Shown one piece after another: positions 37,922-53,564 of a stretch of 64,000 nt of DNA (within the stretch, counting starts at the first letter, position 1; every line of letters starts with the position of its first letter). Position numbers and translations under genes: made by a program. Under the pieces are notes generated by a model that made no database searches, was not told where the DNA came from, and saw only the letters and a list, made by a program, of their open reading frames with translations. Source of the stretch: Octopus sinensis (Eukaryota); assembly GCF_006345805.1 (NCBI RefSeq), contig NC_042997.1:195858001-195922000 (forward strand), in the 5' to 3' direction.

Positions 37922-39669
37922 TGTATTAAAGCTCTACTAATAGTTTCATATATTTAGAAACCTCAAACGTATTCTTCAGGGGCAAACCACATATAACGAA
38001 CTAAAAAAATTGAATAATACATGAAACGCGAAAAAACTGAGAAGGCAGTATATTATATATCTGTTGGTGTGTATCTATGCGTATTTGTGTGTGTGTAAAA
38101 GTAAATTTGATGCCGCATGTGAATGCATTAATTTATACTTCACTAGCTATTCAGCGATTTTTACGTATGCATATACATAAAGCGCTTTCACATACGCATA
38201 TATATTTGCCTATAGTTGTGTATCTATGAATACATTTCTAAATATATTTCTGCATACCTACATGCTTGTGAGCAGCTTCGTATGTATATAAATTTATAAA
38301 TACATGAAATTAGGTATACTATTTCATATTTTTAAAACCCTTTAAATTATTTCCTTTCTTCTTCTGCTTATTATTCTTTTCGTTACTGTTCAGTCACGTG
38401 ATCTTCTGAATTTCTAAATTTTCTGATTGTTGGGTCTTTTCAGTACGTTTAGTGCGAAATGGAATGGTGTATCTGTTGACATTGTTCTCCATTCATTCTG
38501 TACCTGTATATAATTGCGCAGTTTATGCTTTTGCCGGAAGTATGATATTGATCCAATACCTCAGGTTTCAAATACTTCCGAAATATTCAGCTGGTGAAGC
38601 TGCCTCTATGAATAACATACTGGAGCAGGATATGCTATTCTGTTTTTTACGCTATTTTCTTTTTGTTAGTTATATTATCAATATGTTGCTGTTTTCTTAT
38701 TGAACGGCAGATTACAACGAACGGTTAGAGCAGATTTATATTCAAATGTGCTCCATCGTTCCTTTAGACATTATGTACGTAGATCCACATTTGCAATTAC
38801 ATCCTTCCTTTATAACGATAGGCTATGATTTGAGAGAGGATTGGAGATTATTGCTATGGGCTGGATCGAAAATCAAAGAGTACAGTCGTTGGCAAGGAAT
38901 AGTAATGTTGTGTGCCCATATATTTGTGGTTTTATGTCATAGGCCGCATCCGAATTAAGAATAATTATGGGTATATAATTTAGATTAAGAAGAAAAACAG
39001 CATATTATAAACCAATGACTTCACGTAACAACACTTTATTTCCCCGTTCATACAGTTGCGCATATCGAATCATGACGCCATCTTAAATTTTTTAATCGAA
39101 ATAAGAATCGAAGATATTTTTGTTTATTTGTATTGTGTTCTGGTGAATAGTATTGACATAGAAGATCGATTATTTTTAATGAACAAGAATCAGTTAAACG
39201 TGGTAAAACTAAAATAGACACATGTGATTCATGCAAGAAAACTGCGTTCTCTTGTGAATAAGTCAACTGCAGCGAGGGAAATCAACAGGTCAAGATGACA
39301 TATTCTAAGTCAATTCAATATGAAACCAGTTAGCATTCTAGCGACTACAAACATTTTAAATATTCCAGGACCATGCACACAGAATTACTATAATCATATA
39401 TCAGAGCCATTTCATGATTTTCTATGCATAAGAAATCAACTACTGCAATCTCACATCAATCGCATATAAACATATTCAAAACAAAACAAAATAGGCTAAA
39501 ATCTATCATCTACTAAATCTAAGAAGTCCCTTATTAGAACCAATACTAAATATCCAAGTAAACAACCGACTGTCTTGTCATAAACAATCAACCCATTTCA
39601 GTAAACGACCTACTCTGAGCAAAAACATCACGAATACTTGCATAAGACAAACAGGCTGAGTATTACTTA

Positions 39670-40030
39670 TTCCACTACGTTACCCAGTCGGTTACGACGA
39701 CGTGGGTCCCAGTTGTTCCAATCAACGGAACAGCCTGCTCGTGAAATTAACATGCTGACTACCCCACACATAAATGTACTCTTAACGTAATTCTCGGGGA
39801 GATTAGGCGTGGCACATAGTGTGACAAGCCTGGCCCTTTGAAATAAAGTTACAACAGAAACAGGAAGAAAGAGGGAGAGGAAGTTTTGGCGAAAGACTAC
39901 ATGCGGTTCACCATCATCCCCTGCCAGAGTCTCGTGGAGCTCTAAGTGTTTTCGCTCAATAAACACTCAGAACGCCCAGTCTGGGAATCGAAACCGCGTT
40001 TCTACGACCACGAGTTCGCTGCCCTAACCA
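39670..40030 (-). mobile_element. tRNA-derived SINE, full length
   Basis: Reverse complement of head ggagcaatggcccagtggttagggcagcg and of the 1-127 type tail. Confidence 0.8.
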
Positions 40031-40195
40031 CTGGGCCATTGCTCCTCCGCATTATATATTAGATATACCACTTCTATAACATATGACGGGCACGAAGATG
40101 AAATACCTCTGAGAATATATCGACAAACAAACTGTAAAATCTCTCTAATACACAATATTTTGCCAAAGAAATAGCGATATTAGTTGTATATGAAA

Positions 40196-40585
40196 CTAGC
40201 AGTATCGCCCGGCGTTGCTCGGGTTTGTAAGGGAAATAACTATATAGCATTTTTAGAGAGTTATAGCAAAAAATTAGCAAAAAAATGCATTAAAGATGGA
40301 AAAAAATGATGGTAATTTTTTTTTAAATCGTTGACTTATCGTAGACATTTTTAGAGAGTTACTTCCCTTATATAATAGCGAAAAATGCATTAAAATGGAA
40401 AAAAAATGATGGTAAATTATTTTTAAAATCGTAGACTCATCGTAGACGCGCGCTAATACCCGAAGGGCTCGATATGAATCACGACTATAAGATACCCGGT
40501 TTTGGTTAAACTGCACCGCAAAATGTGGGAGTAGTTAGGAATCTAAATCGTAGGAGACAGACACACAACTTCACTTTTATAAAGA
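40196..40585 (-). mobile_element. Non-autonomous Helitron, copy 3
   Basis: Same termini and hairpin as 14245 and 25061. Confidence 0.85.
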
Positions 40586-40764
40586 TATATCTAACAAGGT
40601 TTATGGTAATTCTATCAGAGCCGTCATCCTACTCCTTGACCAATTACAAAATACACTAAATACGGCGCTTAACTACCACATGCTGCGCTCAAGCCATTAT
40701 TGTAGAATTAAGCCAACGGAAATAACTAAAATGGAAACAATGATGGAACATAAATAGGACATAT

Positions 40765-41172
40765 AGGTGCAGGAGTGGCTGTGTGGTAAGTAGCTTGCTT
40801 ACCAACCACATGGTTCCGGGTTCAGTCCCATTGCGTGGCATCTTGGGCAGATGTCTTCTGCTATAGCCTCGGGCCGACCAATGCCTTGTGAGTGGATTTG
40901 GTAGACGGAAACTGAAAGAAGCTTGTCGTATATATGTATATATATATATATATGTATGTGTGTGTATATGTTTGTGTGTCTGTGTTTGTCCCCCCCCCAT
41001 CATCGCTTGACAACCGATGATGGTGTGTTTACGTCCCCGTCACTTAGAGACCGAAAGAATAAGTACTGGGCTTACAAAGAATAAGTCCCGGGGGTCGATT
41101 TGCTCGACTAAAGGTGGTGCTCCAGCATGGCCGCAGTCAAATGACTGAAACAAGTAAAAGAGTAAAGAGAGT
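40765..41172 (+). mobile_element. SINE of the 19925 family
   Basis: Head aggtgcaggagtggctgtgtgg to tail gagtaaagagag. Confidence 0.85.
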
Positions 41173-41679
41173 ATAGGTTGGTACAGCATTGAACTCTAAT
41201 CAATACTCATTTGCTTTATTTGTGCAAGCAACGAATGCTTCCTAAATATCTTGTTCTGCTTTGGGAATCGATATCTCATAAAACTGCGGGGACATCGTCA
41301 GGTCACACGAATGTGTTGGACATTTTAAAAGCATCATCAGGTCTGATTATAGCTAATTTGTTTTAGAGAGGTTGGGAAAGGAACAGAGTGAGGGATAAAT
41401 GTTACTTGACCCCAGTGCAGGATAATAGTTTATATATCAGTCTAGTAAGGTTAAAGGTAAAATTTACTGCGACGAGATTCGAACTCCGAGACATAAAGAA
41501 CCGGAGCGAATACCGCAGAGTAATTTATCCATTGATGTAACGACACAACCAATGTAACAATTCTATAACGAGATGCTTCCACAACATCCCGGAAAGCATA
41601 TACCATATTACTAGCTAATTCAATATCCTCCACCTACAAGAAATAGTAAACGACGTGCCCGTAAACCAGACCCTAAAAA

Positions 41680-41970
41680 AGTTTTACATTTCCACCGCCT
41701 TCAAAGTATCCTCTATTTGAAGCAATGCATAGGTCCAGGCGCGTTTTCCACTATTTGAAGCAGTGCTGTAACCCTTGCGAAGTGATGCCTTTCCGTGCTT
41801 CCCTCGTTTTCTCCATCACCAGCCACATCTGCAAATTCCGTAGCACTAGACGACGTCGCTCAGCAGACTGATACCTGACGGTCGTATCGTGGCTTCTAGC
41901 GGCAGAATCCTGAACTGCAATGGGTTTGTTCCACAGAGAACATTTCCGGTTAGTTTTGGGTACATCCTCG
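41680..41970 (-). mobile_element. Mariner-derived deleted element: one terminus plus transposase C-terminal remnant
   Basis: Minus strand starts TA|cgaggatgtacccaaaact and encodes LQHCFK*WKTRLDLCIASNRGYFEG. Confidence 0.6.
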
Positions 41971-42146
41971 TATATATATATATATCTACTTTTAATGTGG
42001 TTCTAGAGTCAAGTTTTGGCTTCTATTTCAAGCGCGGTGGTATCTCTTAGATACTCTAAATTATAATTTTAATACTTATTACCTTTGAAGGTTTTTTATT
42101 CCATGCTGGCCACTTGATAAGTTCGATATTTAAATAAAGATCTTAT

Positions 42147-42259
<113 letters not shown>

Positions 42260-43779
42260 CATACATATATATATATATATGAATGTATGGAAGACCCGTG
42301 GCACATATTACGACTTGTTCACTCTCCTAAGGACATGGCGAATATGTCTGCTGGATCAGTCACTTTTGGAACGCACAGTATTAATGGTTTCAAATTTTGG
42401 CACCAGGCCAACAACTTCTGAGGGATGTCGATGACATCGAATTAGCCTCCAATCTTCAACTGATATATATTTTATTGACCTCTCGAAAGGGCATGAGTCA
42501 AAGTCGAACTCTGCAGAATTTCAACAGAGAAAGTAACGACGGGTGAAATGTTAGTAAGTAATTTTTGCGGAGTATTCACGATTCTGCCAGCTCGCTGCAT
42601 TGCAATACACAGAAATATACACTTCAAGTATCATTAGTAACAATAAGAGTATTAAGTGATGTTGAGAAAACGTTGCTTGTTTATGTGAATATAAGAAGTT
42701 AAAATTAAGAAATAGACACCTACGGATGTAACAATTAACAGAGTTCTTTTAATTGAATAAATGTTGAAAACATTAATTACACTTTATTAGACTTTATATT
42801 TTGCTTTAAAAAACATCACGAAAGATAACACAGAACTGCAAAATAGAAGCCTAATCAAATCCTTAAAATATCATTAATCAATAAACATTTTATGGGATAA
42901 AAATGGTCAAAGTGTAATCAAGTCTTGTATTATTACACACCATCTTTTTACAGCGATAAGTCACGATTTCCTATACCTACTTATATGTAACTTTATTTAA
43001 TTTTATCGTTAGGAATATATATATAGGAGAAGAAGAAAATGGATATAATATCAATGGGAAACTCGTTGTTTACGCTGGTATGTCTTTAATTAAATTGCTA
43101 ACAAAGATGGATGAAGCAGCGATGAGGGTGGCATTTACGATCGTTTCGATTTACTGGTTTAAGTAACCGCTTCAGAATTATCTCTTAGATGTATTAAACC
43201 CCTCTAAGTTGATACCTATATATATATATATATAATATATGTGTGTGTGTGTGTGGTGTGTGTGTGTGTCTATAGACATGTATGTGTGTATATGGGTGCA
43301 TGTGTGTATATGTGTGTGTGTTTGTCTAATTGGCTATGTTTGTGTCTGTGGCTGGTTATATATAATCAACGCCTCTTAAATATCTTACTTATCCGTCTTC
43401 TTATCTCGGTATTTGTTTAAAATATGCGTTGTTGTTTCTCTTAACTAGTTTTCTAACGATGAACGTTTTAACAAGCGTCTTATGTAACAACACATTTAAG
43501 TCTCTAACGTGAAATCTATTCCTCAAAATGATTTCCTTCACTATCAGAAACTTTGTAACTGATGTAAGTAATGATTATAAAGAAGGGCGTGGAAGCGCGT
43601 TGTCGAGGTGTATCACTCATGATCGCAAGATTGGGGATTTGATTCCGGGTTCAGTTGATTCGTTGTGTTATTGATCAAAGCTCTTCATTTCACGCTGTTC
43701 CAATTTACTCAGCTGACAAAAGTGAATATAACCTGCGACGGGCCGGTAACCTGTCCAAGGGGGAATATTTATACATATT

Positions 43780-44008
43780 TCTTTACTACCCACAAGGACC
43801 TAAACACAGAGAGGGCAACCAAGGACAGGCAAACCGATTAAGTCAATTACATCGACCCCAGTGCGTAACTGGTACTTAATTTATCGACCCCGAAAGGTTG
43901 AAAGGCAAGGTCGACCTCGGCGGAATTTGAACTCAGAACGTAGCGGCAGACGAAACACGGCTACGCATTTTGCCCTGCGTGCTAACGTTTCTGCCAGCTC
44001 ACCACCTA
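43780..44008 (-). mobile_element. Single-unit SINE of the tandem-array family
   Basis: Reverse complement of head ggtggtgagctggcagaaacgttagcacgc and core gaggtcgaccttgcctttcaacctttcggggtcgataaattaagtaccag. Confidence 0.85.
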
Positions 44009-44522
44009 AAGGGAGGATATTTATACCTCAGAATCAAGGAAATCGACCACGTGACCCTACGGTTCGGGAGAGAACCCTTTGAATATAGAATGCATCTACA
44101 TGTACTGAAATGCGGTCTCTGAGCATCGGGTGTCCTTATGACTTTGTACAATCCATATAATTTTTATAACGTACCCTTGCGCTATTCATGAAGACATAAT
44201 GTCAAGTAGAACGTATTTAACTCTTATCTAAATAACTTTGAGCTATCAAATACAACTGCAAAGGTTTACGCAGAGATATACCGTTCCCGTTTACTAAACT
44301 GCAACGTTTGTTCTTAGATTCAGGTAAGTAATTCGTCTCTGAATTTCGGTTGAAAGCTAAATAGTTTCGTTTATAATATGCACAGCACACAAAGAGAGCG
44401 TGGTGCTCTGGCTTTATCGTACGTCTTTTCTATAAGTCTGATATCATAAATCAGTTTAAAAACAGCTGCACAGACATACACACACAAACACACACACTCA
44501 CACACAAGCACACGCATATATA

Positions 44523-44564
<42 letters not shown>

Positions 44565-44638
44565 ATCCAAACATGAACAAAGAGGAAATACAACGCGAGG
44601 ACGTGGAACAAGCATAATGTTATTGGACGCTCAAGAAA

Positions 44639-44689
<51 letters not shown>

Positions 44690-45122
44690 TACGTACATAG
44701 ATTTAAATAAATATTCATACATATATATAGACATACATATCGTACATATATATATATATATATGTGTGTATCTATATATAATATACAATATGTGTGTCCG
44801 TTTGTGTGTGTGTGTACCTATGGGTGTTTGTGTGTGTGTGTACCTATGGGTGTTGTGTGTGTGTGTACCTATGGGTGTTTGTGTGTCTGTGAGTCTGTGT
44901 GTGTCTTTGGGAAATAGGTCACAATCGATTCTGTCACAAAATTTCTATTCTCGTCTTGACAACTCTTTAATCTATCCTTTGAGAAATGAAAGATTAAAAA
45001 TTGTAATTTTCCTGAATCCATACATTCGAATAAGCGCTATGCACTGGGAAGCAATCATTACACACACATGCACTCACAAAGGTATACACACACATATCTA
45101 TATATGTATGTATGTATATGTA

Positions 45123-45192
<70 letters not shown>

Positions 45193-45238
45193 CACACTTA
45201 TAGTCTTGTACATATACATGTATAATTACATACACAAC

Positions 45239-45283
<45 letters not shown>

Positions 45284-45534
45284 GTTATATATATATATAT
45301 ACATACCTGCTCGCATGTGTTTGCGTGTCTCTCTATCTCACTGAATGTCTGTTAATCTCACTATTGATCTGTATCTCAATCTCCTTTACACAGACACCGT
45401 ATCTGCATCCATATATGCCTGATGTACACATACATCTACACAGTCACGCACACATACAAATTATACTATATATATAACATATCTATTTATCTCTCTTCAT
45501 ATATATATATACATTTGTATGTTTATATATATAT

Positions 45535-45591
<57 letters not shown>

Positions 45592-48500
45592 GTATATTTT
45601 ATATTATATATGTTCACACACAAACACACATAGCGAGCGAGAATGCCATCGCTAGATAAATAGATAGCGAGATAGAAAGAAGAAAAGAAATAAGGAAATA
45701 CGTCCATAAAACAATATATTTATTTAGCGATTTTACTCTTCCATCACAGACGTTTATCAAAAGAAAAGATACGAACGTATAAAAGCGTTTTCTGGTATTG
45801 ATCTCTTATCCGAAGAGAGATTCTATTGGGGCAATCGAATTTAATGGCACATTTCCTCTGCTATTCTATTGATATAGGTTTAGAATTTCCTTTGATATTA
45901 ATGGCTTCAAGGCACCAACAATTACACCGAATATCCAAAGAATATGTCATGTCCTCAACCGAGTTTACATCTCAGCATAAATGTGTCGGCTACCGAAGTG
46001 TTTATAGATAGCGACGGTCAAATACTTCTTCATGTGAAGATGCACCAATCATCATTTTCTTTTAATACAAATGATGAAAAGATTTCCACTTTTGGAATTC
46101 AGGCAAAATCTCTTCTATAAAGTTTTGTTTTGCTCACGTCTATAAAATTAAATCTCATGACACATATAAGTATTTATTCTTGACGAAAATTCGTCAATTC
46201 GTTTCTTCGAATTACATTTTAATTTTACCAAATTTAATTATCATAGCAGTTAAAGGGAAATGATAGGAAACTTGTAATTTAATTATTCATTGATAATAAG
46301 AATTAAAGGTATCAGAAAGCATAAGTTTCTTAGGGTTATTACCTTTTAAAATGTTAAACGTTACCAGAATGAGATTTACATTGATTCAGAAGATCGTGTA
46401 TTTGGCGAGAAACGTTTTCTTAACATCTTTAAATAGGTTCCTGGTATGTAAGTCGAATTATATGCTAAGAAAGAGTGCCAATATAGTTTTAGGCGGTAAA
46501 CATTGTGGTTCCTTATTTGTGAGTGAATTTATACGCTTTTATTTTTTGGTATGAATTGTTTTCTTAACAATCATTAAACTGGTTTTCTGGTATCTGAGTG
46601 AAGTTAAAAACTAAGAAAGTGCGCAGCACAGTTTTGGGGACAATACATTTGTAACATCTTAAAACCGAGTTTGTGGTTTGTGAGACAGTTTACATCCTAA
46701 TGAAAAGAAAGTAACTATATACAGTTAAGCAACAATATGCTTCTAGTTTTATGTAAATCTTCTGAAAGCGGTGAAAATAAGGCAGATAGGAGACAATAAG
46801 GAAATAAGTTCAAAGTATTAGTGATTGTATGGTGTATATTTTAAGCTTTGTATGGAATGTGTAGTTTAGTTACCCAATCGTATGTATATATATACTTAAA
46901 CTAGAGTTTTTTGCTTTTGTAGTGAAAAAGAAGCTGTTTTCTGGTTTTATAATCATCACATAATTTCTAGCCAAATCTTAACACAGTAAGAAATATAAGT
47001 TCACAACTTTCCAAATTCAGTGATTATAATACTTCGTATTTATAAGCAGGGCGTTGGTTTCAATGTAATTTTGATTTTTTTTAATGTTATATGCTGAACG
47101 AGACGACTTGTCAAGTTGCCATCTTGTGAAATGCTGATTTGCAGACTTTCTAAAAGGCCTGACCTTTAACCAAAACCGTTAGATGTACATCTGGCAGTTA
47201 ACAATACAGAATTATCGAAAGTAAGTAATACTTCTGATATCAGGGAAGATTTGTATTTGTGTCTCTGAAAATTTGTGTGATGATGTAATACAACTGGTAT
47301 GTGAGAGAACTTTAATAATTCTACTTCTGGAGTTAATGACGTGTAGAGGTCATTGTAATGTCAAATCTTTCTATTGATATTCATAAGAGAAACACATTAT
47401 TTTTGTTGATGTTAAGTGATATCAGCTTTGCTTCAAACACTATTACCAACAGCAGGAAGCTGCTTAGTTAAAAATTGTTAAAAATGATTATTACAGAATT
47501 ATTTTATGTTGAATCATTAACGACTAAATGTAGAAATTAAAATATAAAAATAAAATCTAGCGTTCATTGATTAGAAAGACTAATTAGAAAACGTCTGACA
47601 GAGAATCAAAGATTTCGTAGTTTAAAACAGTGTTAAATTTAATTCAAAATTTGATAAATTGCTTTGATATATTTTATAAAACATTTAGTTATGAATTATC
47701 CGCCAGTTAAATAACTAAATTTTGGAATGTACTATACAAATAATATTTTAGAATTTATAAAGCCTTATAGGTGTTGTATTAATGTAGCCCTTTCACTAAC
47801 GTTGAAACTAATGTTTTGGAGATCAGATACTTAGTGTAAAAATCATTTCATTTTTTTTTATCCATCAATATCCTATTATAGTTTTCCAAACTATGATTAA
47901 ATCACTGGAAACATCGTCAGATATTCTTTACCCGAAGCGTAATGTCTATATGGTCTATGCATTTGTTAATTTTGAAAATAATGGGATTTTTATCAGTTTT
48001 TCAAGTGAATATATGGTGACTAATGAAATACAGTCGAAGGATAAGAACAGTGTACAGAGATGAGACCTGACATATCTGGAAGCGTTCTTTGCCGACAAAA
48101 TGAAAAAGAAATTGTAGATGGCTTTTTTTTTAAATTTAATTTCATAATTTATTAATTATCTCAACCTTCTTACCACGTAAATAGATCACTGTGCATCTGA
48201 CTATTTTCGCATATTTGAAAACGCACTTGTTTATGATATATAGGTTGTTAGTGTTGATGAAAATTGATAACATTTGGGTTAATATAGGAATATGAAGAAA
48301 TAATCAGTTGTCTAGTATGGCTTGCAGACTTTTTGGCCTCCTCATGCACTGGACCTGTAGCTGAGACAAACCATGGAATATTACCTCAGTTAAATCTTAT
48401 CTCTGATGGGATAAATATTAACAAATCGTTTATCGTTATATATTTGTGAATTCTATTTAATGTTTGTAACATAAACATCATTAAGGTTAATGGCTTATAT

Positions 48501-50242
48501 TCATTATATAAAAGGCTTCTCTTTGGAGAAGATCTCAAGTATTCTGAAACATTATTTCACGCTTACAATTATCATACTTAAATTATATTTTGCTTTAAAA
48601 TTTACAGATAAATCTACATTTCAAACAATGATATTACATAAGTAGATATGAATATTTGAGACATTCATAAGTAGATAGAAATATTTCAGGTTTACATTAG
48701 AAGTTCCAAGTATATGAGACTTTCATAAGTACGTATAAGGAAATAGGTTTACCATCAAAACAAACTCGTATAAATAATACCAAGAATATTACACAACGTG
48801 ATTATATATTCCATACGCTGATGATCCACGTTGCCTTCTAGTAACCATGTACAACTTCGTCCATAATTAATGATTCTTGCTAATAATATATCAATTAAAG
48901 CTGCAAAGCGTGTAAACATCACCACATTTATATTGATTATACCTAAAATATGCAGTTAATATTTATCTGATATTAGTGCAGATGAGAACAAAATTTTGTT
49001 TATAATATTTGGTAACAGTTTTAACAAAATGGAACACAGTATTTAATGGCCGCCTTTTACGTTCTCGTATAGGTCTGTGGACTACTGGCTATGGGTGTTC
49101 TGTCACAATCGCAATATGGTGGATTCTTTTTCGGAACAAGAGATACATTGTGTTCATGAACAGAAACCACTTCATTTCAGGTTACTCCAGCTGTAAATGC
49201 GTAATTTTGTGATGAACTGAGAGTGTGTTGTGACCTCGGTCACGTATCCTCCGTGTACATAGGATAATCGGTGCTATGAAGCCTATCACGTGAAAAAGTA
49301 AAGTCCATGTGACTTCATTATGTCTTACTTTACTTCAAGTTCTCATTTCCAAATATTCCCAAGATACATCTTGGTTTCCAAGCTTCCAGGGTTGATAGAA
49401 ATACTACTGATCAAATACAGACCAGACATGTAAAAGCCTTCTCCTCAAACATAAAATCTGTGGGTCTGTGTCAACTTTAATTATCAATATCGGAATATAA
49501 GAATAACAGTTTGAAGATGACTGACTTATTTTTCAAAACGTGATAAACCATCGATTAAAGATAATTCATCTCGATATCATATTATCTATCTGGAAATGCG
49601 CGTAATTCCCATTATGTAGGGGAAACTAGCTGTGCATATATAAAAAAAAGTATTGACACGCATGGCATAGTGGTTAGGGTATTGTGGTCATGAACATAGC
49701 ATCATGTGTTCAGTTCCTCGAATTCATATTGAGTTCTTGGGTGAGGCACATCATTTGATAATAGATTCGTTTACTCAGCTAAAAATCTGAGCCTGCCAAA
49801 TGCTGATATAATCTATTCTTTTTCCTTTTGTTACATCTTCCATTGAGAGAGCCGAGGAAGTAGCTACATCTTCTCACGTCCTTATAGGTACATTAAAACT
49901 ATTAGTAAAACAATGTTGCATACTATCAAGATATAGTCGCTTGCAAGTGACGACAGTGGATATTGTTCTTATTATTTTTATAATATAATCGCTGAATCTT
50001 CCATTAAGTTTGGTTAATTATCATTGCTCAATTTAATCTTACCTATGGCACAAAATAAGTTAAACTTGTATATTATCCAAATGAAAGAATACATCGTTTC
50101 TTAATTCATGAGTGAATTTTTAGTTAACATTCGTCTCAAATTGTTTGTTTAATTATTTAAATATTCAATTAGTTCTGAAGTTTGGTTAGATCTAAACATT
50201 ATTGTCTTTTTCTAAACTAATTATTATACTGTAATGTAGATC

Positions 50243-50306
<64 letters not shown>

Positions 50307-51286
50307 GTGTGTGTATGTATGTGCGTGTGTGTGTGTGTGTATGTATGTATGTATTTATATTTCCATCACACAGATTTATGTTTTTTCGGTGAATTCTACA
50401 GCCACCATTTGTGAACAATCTTTATATTTTACAATATGTTCTACAATGAGATAATCGCAGTATATTAGTTTCACAACTTTTTGTGTAAAACAATGCAATG
50501 ACGTATTTCTCGTCGAGGCATTGCACTGAATTAAAATAACAACTAGTGACATCTAAGTTTAAATCTTAGAAAAATTTGAGGCTTCATTTAGTAGTCACAG
50601 CTTAACATACCTAGATTATCGAGATAATATCTGGCTTCATGAGCATCATTAGGATTGAAAGAAATGTTGATATTATGTTGGTGCAAAGCAGTGAGCTGGA
50701 AAAATCTTTAGCACACGGGATAAAATGCTTAGCGGCATTTCGTCTGTCTGCACGTTATGAGTTCAAATTCCACCCAGGCCAACTTTGCCTTTTATCTTTT
50801 CGATGTCGGTAAAATAAGTACCAGTTGAGCACTGGGGTCGATTTAAACGACTTAGCCTCTTCCTCGAAATTGCTGAATTTGTTGCAAAATCTGGAACCTA
50901 TATTAGGCTGGTGCATTATTAAACACCGTTTTATAATTCAATTTACAAGGGTGTTATTTAAAATTTAGGATTAAGAACACAGTCGTTAGCTAAGCTGTGC
51001 AAACGGTCGTTAATAGTGCTGTACAAGCTGTAAAGGTTTTGATAATATAACCTGAACGCGTGGTTTTTCCTTATATACAGGATAATATTGCTAAGAAAGG
51101 TACATAAAATGAGGAACTTTCATGATTTATGAGCTGACTCACCAACTTTGTTACCCGTACACAAATACAAGCGTCGAATTATGTCGAAATAATGACATTT
51201 AAGGGCTTAATTCGGCTTAATTCATATAGTAGAGCATGTTGCTCAGTGAAACTGAATATTCATCTCCTTCGTCATTCATGCGTATG

Positions 51287-51326
<40 letters not shown>

Positions 51327-51482
51327 TATGTATATTTATATATGTATATAAATGTATGTAAATATATATACATATACATATACATGCATATATACATTTA
51401 TATATATTCAAATTACGATGAACGTATATATATATATATACATACACACACAAACACACACACACACACACATATATATATC

Positions 51483-51685
51483 TCTTTTACTCTCTTTCAC
51501 TTGTTTCAGTCATTTGACTGCGGCCATACTGGAGCACCGCCTTTAGTCGAGCAAATCGACCCCGGGACTTATTCTTTGTAAGCCCAGTCGGTCTCTTTTG
51601 CCGAACCGCTAAGTGACGGGGACGTAAACACACCAGCATCGGTTGTCAAGCAATGCTAGGGGGACAAACACAGACACACAAATAT

Positions 51686-51760
<75 letters not shown>

Positions 51761-51922
51761 TACCACAGGCTTCTTTCAGTTTCCGTCTACCAAATCCACT
51801 CACAAGGCATTGATCGGCCGAGGCTATAGCAGATGACACTTGCTCAAGATCCCACGCAGTGGAACTGAACCCGGAACCATGTGGTTGGCAAACAAGCTAC
51901 TTACCACACAGCCACTCCATAA
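51483..51922 (-). mobile_element. SINE of the 19925 family
   Basis: Reverse complement of the same head, spacer and tail. Confidence 0.85.
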
Positions 51923-51949
51923 AGATGCCATTGATATGGTATTGTTGTC

Positions 51950-51985
<36 letters not shown>

Positions 51986-53178
51986 TGAGAGAGAGAGCGT
52001 TCTATTGAAAATAGAAGGCTCATCTCCTTCAAGTCACACACTACCATCTTAAAAAGACTACATGGCAGTAAGTTATGTAGTGCTTCCTACTTTTCACAAC
52101 TTATCCTTTAAAGGCACCTCAGACGTGATAATCACATTTGGAATGCTTTTATTCCTTTCATTCTGTAGCTATTTGTAGGGAAATCCGGACGTGACACCTA
52201 CAGTCCATTTTAGATCTGCTGTATAGTTTACACACCATTGCTATCTCTTTCTGCAGCAAAGCTGTGTGACCGAAGTATATTTGGTCTTAGCTTGACTACC
52301 TTCACACTTTATTTTTGCATATTCTGCGTATTATATGAAAGACTTTTCTAAATAACTCGCACTATATTTTCGTGAAGTATGTGTAGAATACGTTTAACAT
52401 AGCTAAATATAACGTTTGATTATATTTGATACTTGCTTTGCAGGTAAGAAGTGTGACAGACAATTCAGTTGCTGCCACTTGAATTCTGTTCTGTTTTTAT
52501 TTCACCGTTTCTGAATGATTGATGTAGGTTTTAAGTATTTGTGCAACTGTGTTTGGGGAGTGATGGTACTAGGAAAGTTTGATAGCTTATACTCTACATA
52601 GCAACCGTGTGTGTATGTTGTGGCGTTGTGCGATCAGATCGCGTAGGTATGTTTTCAAAAGACTAAGTGAAATGACAGATCTAGAAGATAATTAGTATTG
52701 GTAGATGATACATCTTCTCTTTCTCTTAAGCTCTTTTCACTTGAATTATGCAATGGAACAGAGTCTATAGCTGAGAGACCAGATTCCACCGGAATTCCTT
52801 GGACGCCAACAAATCTTTATTAAACGTATTTTTCAGTGTTTGCAATGTTAATATTTCCCACCGCACAGAAGAGGTTTAGCACAAAACGTGTGACATAAAT
52901 GCATTTCCTTGTCTTGTTTTTAACATTGTTTCATTTAAATTGCTTTCCGTAATATTACAGTGAAAACGCTAGTGATCACCGACGTTTTCACAGTGTCAAG
53001 TCTGGTTAGGGATTAGTGACCTTTGGAAACGTTTAGTTTTACAGGCCCAGGAATGGGTGTGAGATAAAGAAGCATCCACATGATTTCTGGTTCATTCCAA
53101 CTTCCAGTAACCATTGGAAAATATCGGCCGGACTATGTGTTGTGAGTTTATATATATCAGGCACCAACTTTAAAAGCC

Positions 53179-53222
<44 letters not shown>

Positions 53223-53227
53223 TTTAA

Positions 53228-53545
53228 CTCCGCCGGTTACGACGACGAGGGTCCCAGCTGATACGATCAACGGAACAGGTTGCTCGTGAAATTAACGTGC
53301 AAATGGCTGAGCATTCCACAGACACGTGTACCCTTAACGTAGTTCTCGGGGATAATCAGCGTGACACAGAGAGTGACAAGGCTGACCCTTTGAAATACAA
53401 GTACAACTCATTTTTGCCAGCTGAGTGGACTGGAGCAACGTGAAATAAAGTGTCTTGCTCAAGGACACAACGCGTCGCCGGGAATCGAACTCACAACCTT
53501 ACGATCATGAGCCGAATGCCCTAACCACTAAGCCACGCGCCCTCA
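53228..53545 (-). mobile_element. tRNA-derived SINE, full length
   Basis: Head gagggcgcgtggcttagtggttagggcattcggctcatg; tail identical in type to 1-127. Confidence 0.85.
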
Positions 53546-53564
53546 CATATATATATATATATAT

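Noticed and set aside
38452-38958. Two same-frame ORFs separated by one stop, with a possible acceptor near 38710 and GTACGT donor near 38775
   Set aside because: No recognisable homology; ORFs of 70-85 codons are expected by chance in 64 kb. Needs RNA-seq or BLAST.
49009-49212. WTTGYG resembling a potassium-channel TVGYG filter
   Set aside because: No pore helix or flanking transmembrane pattern; the frame closes shortly after.
52959-52992. gtgaaaacg...cgttttcac 9-bp stem-loop
   Set aside because: Does not fit SECIS, histone stem-loop or pre-miRNA geometry; short enough to be chance.
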